A DNA stretch of 64,000 nucleotides. Source: Amphiscolops sp. MND2022. Taxonomy: Eukaryota. Both the position numbers and the translations under genes were made by a program. Of the stretch, positions 63,211 through 64,000 are shown piece by piece. The DNA lies in contig OZ076409.1 in the NCBI GenBank assembly GCA_964187785.1, positions 50,842,001-50,906,000 on the forward strand, in the 5' to 3' direction. The notes under the pieces were generated by a model. That model made no database searches. It saw only the letters and a list, made by a program, of their open reading frames with translations, and was not told the origin of the DNA. Positions within the stretch are counted from its first letter, which is position 1. Each line of letters opens with the position of its first letter.

Positions 63211-64000
63211 ATTACCGCACGCTGTTTAAATAATTCTTCAACACCTGTTTGAAACTATTTGATTGCACGCGTTGAACTAAAACTACAAGGTCATACGTGC
63301 GCTCACTAGTAGGTGATAAAATTAGGTGTGATTGTTCCCAAAAAATCATGAGGAAGGATTTTCCAGTGATTTTTTTGTCTCCACCGTGAGTCGGTTGTCA
63401 ACCGTGAGTCGGTTGACATTGCATAGAGTATTTGCCAGCAAATGATTCTGTTGTTTTTTGACCGTGAGTTGACCGTGAACACAGTTCAAGCACTACAACT
63501 TCTTGGCAAAAAATGGTGAAGAAAATTTTTTCAATTGAAGAAACTACACTTTATCATGACAAAAAAAAAGACGTAAACCAAATTTTTAACAAACTTTTTG
63601 TACTAAGGAAAGAATTTTATAATAATAGAGAAGAGAGGAACGCATCAGGTGTGAGTTGTAACCATTGAAGTTGTAAACATTGCAACTATAAAGAGTGATT
63701 TTGAAGTTCCTACCATTTGCCAATTGCTTCACAGAATTTGTATGAATTTGACATGAAACAAAGAAAAATGAAAAAGACTGGAACTTTTTCCTTTTCCCTA
63801 CACTTTTCAAGATGTTGTTTTTGCAATTACAGTAGACTTCGGATAATCGAATATCAGCTAAATATCGAAATCAAAATTTCGGGTAAACGAATAAAAATCT
63901 TCGGCAGTATAGATCATACTAGCATGTTTTCGTTTTATCGAATTTTTTGCTGAATCGAAAATTTTTCGCCGTTCCTGCATAATTTGAACCGAACCTAAGT

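Larger units (their letters stand above)
44793..64000. mobile_element. Element B: second, divergent giant transposon of the same family (right end outside the window)
   Basis: Integrase similarity stops at CAATACAGTG (compare CATTAC of A), followed by clustered GTGGAWTCCAC palindromes and homologues of all four element A genes. The exact first base is inferred because no second TIR or TSD is visible. Confidence 0.8.

Noticed and set aside
18093..64000. Zisupton/KDZ or Helitron as the carrier of the chromatin genes
   Set aside because: No 8-bp TSD, no CxC/SWIM cysteine clusters in the transposase, and no Rep/helicase ORF.

Overview
Eukaryotic, probably invertebrate-animal, repeat-rich DNA with GT-AG introns and one 200-N scaffold gap. 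No ordinary host gene is evident. Positions 1-7.6 kb are a decayed Ty3/Gypsy retrotransposon, 8.2-11 kb a diverged ~180-bp tandem array, and ~12-18.1 kb a second decayed Gypsy element whose integrase is split twice. The first split is a ~26.4-kb DNA transposon with both ends visible (element A, 18093-44528). It has CATTACGATACAT terminal inverted repeats and a target duplication, and removing it restores the integrase reading frame. The second split, 264 bp further along the same integrase, is a divergent relative (element B, 44793 to beyond the window end, starting CAATAC). A and B carry the same four genes in different order: (1) a RAG1/Transib/Chapaev-like DDE transposase fused to a C-terminal BRCT domain and lacking the usual zinc ligands, (2) a spliced triple-C2H2-finger plus KDM7/PHF8-type JmjC demethylase gene, (3) a SETD8-like SET methyltransferase gene, (4) an unknown gene with a possible Tudor/chromo-like N-terminus. 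Each element has its own short DNA motif scattered through its subterminal regions, spacers and (in A) introns. I infer a possibly undescribed family of giant cut-and-paste transposons carrying a chromatin-modifying kit that may act as sequence-specific anti-silencing. Most genes in these copies carry stops or frameshifts. All family assignments are from motif recognition by eye; no database search was run.
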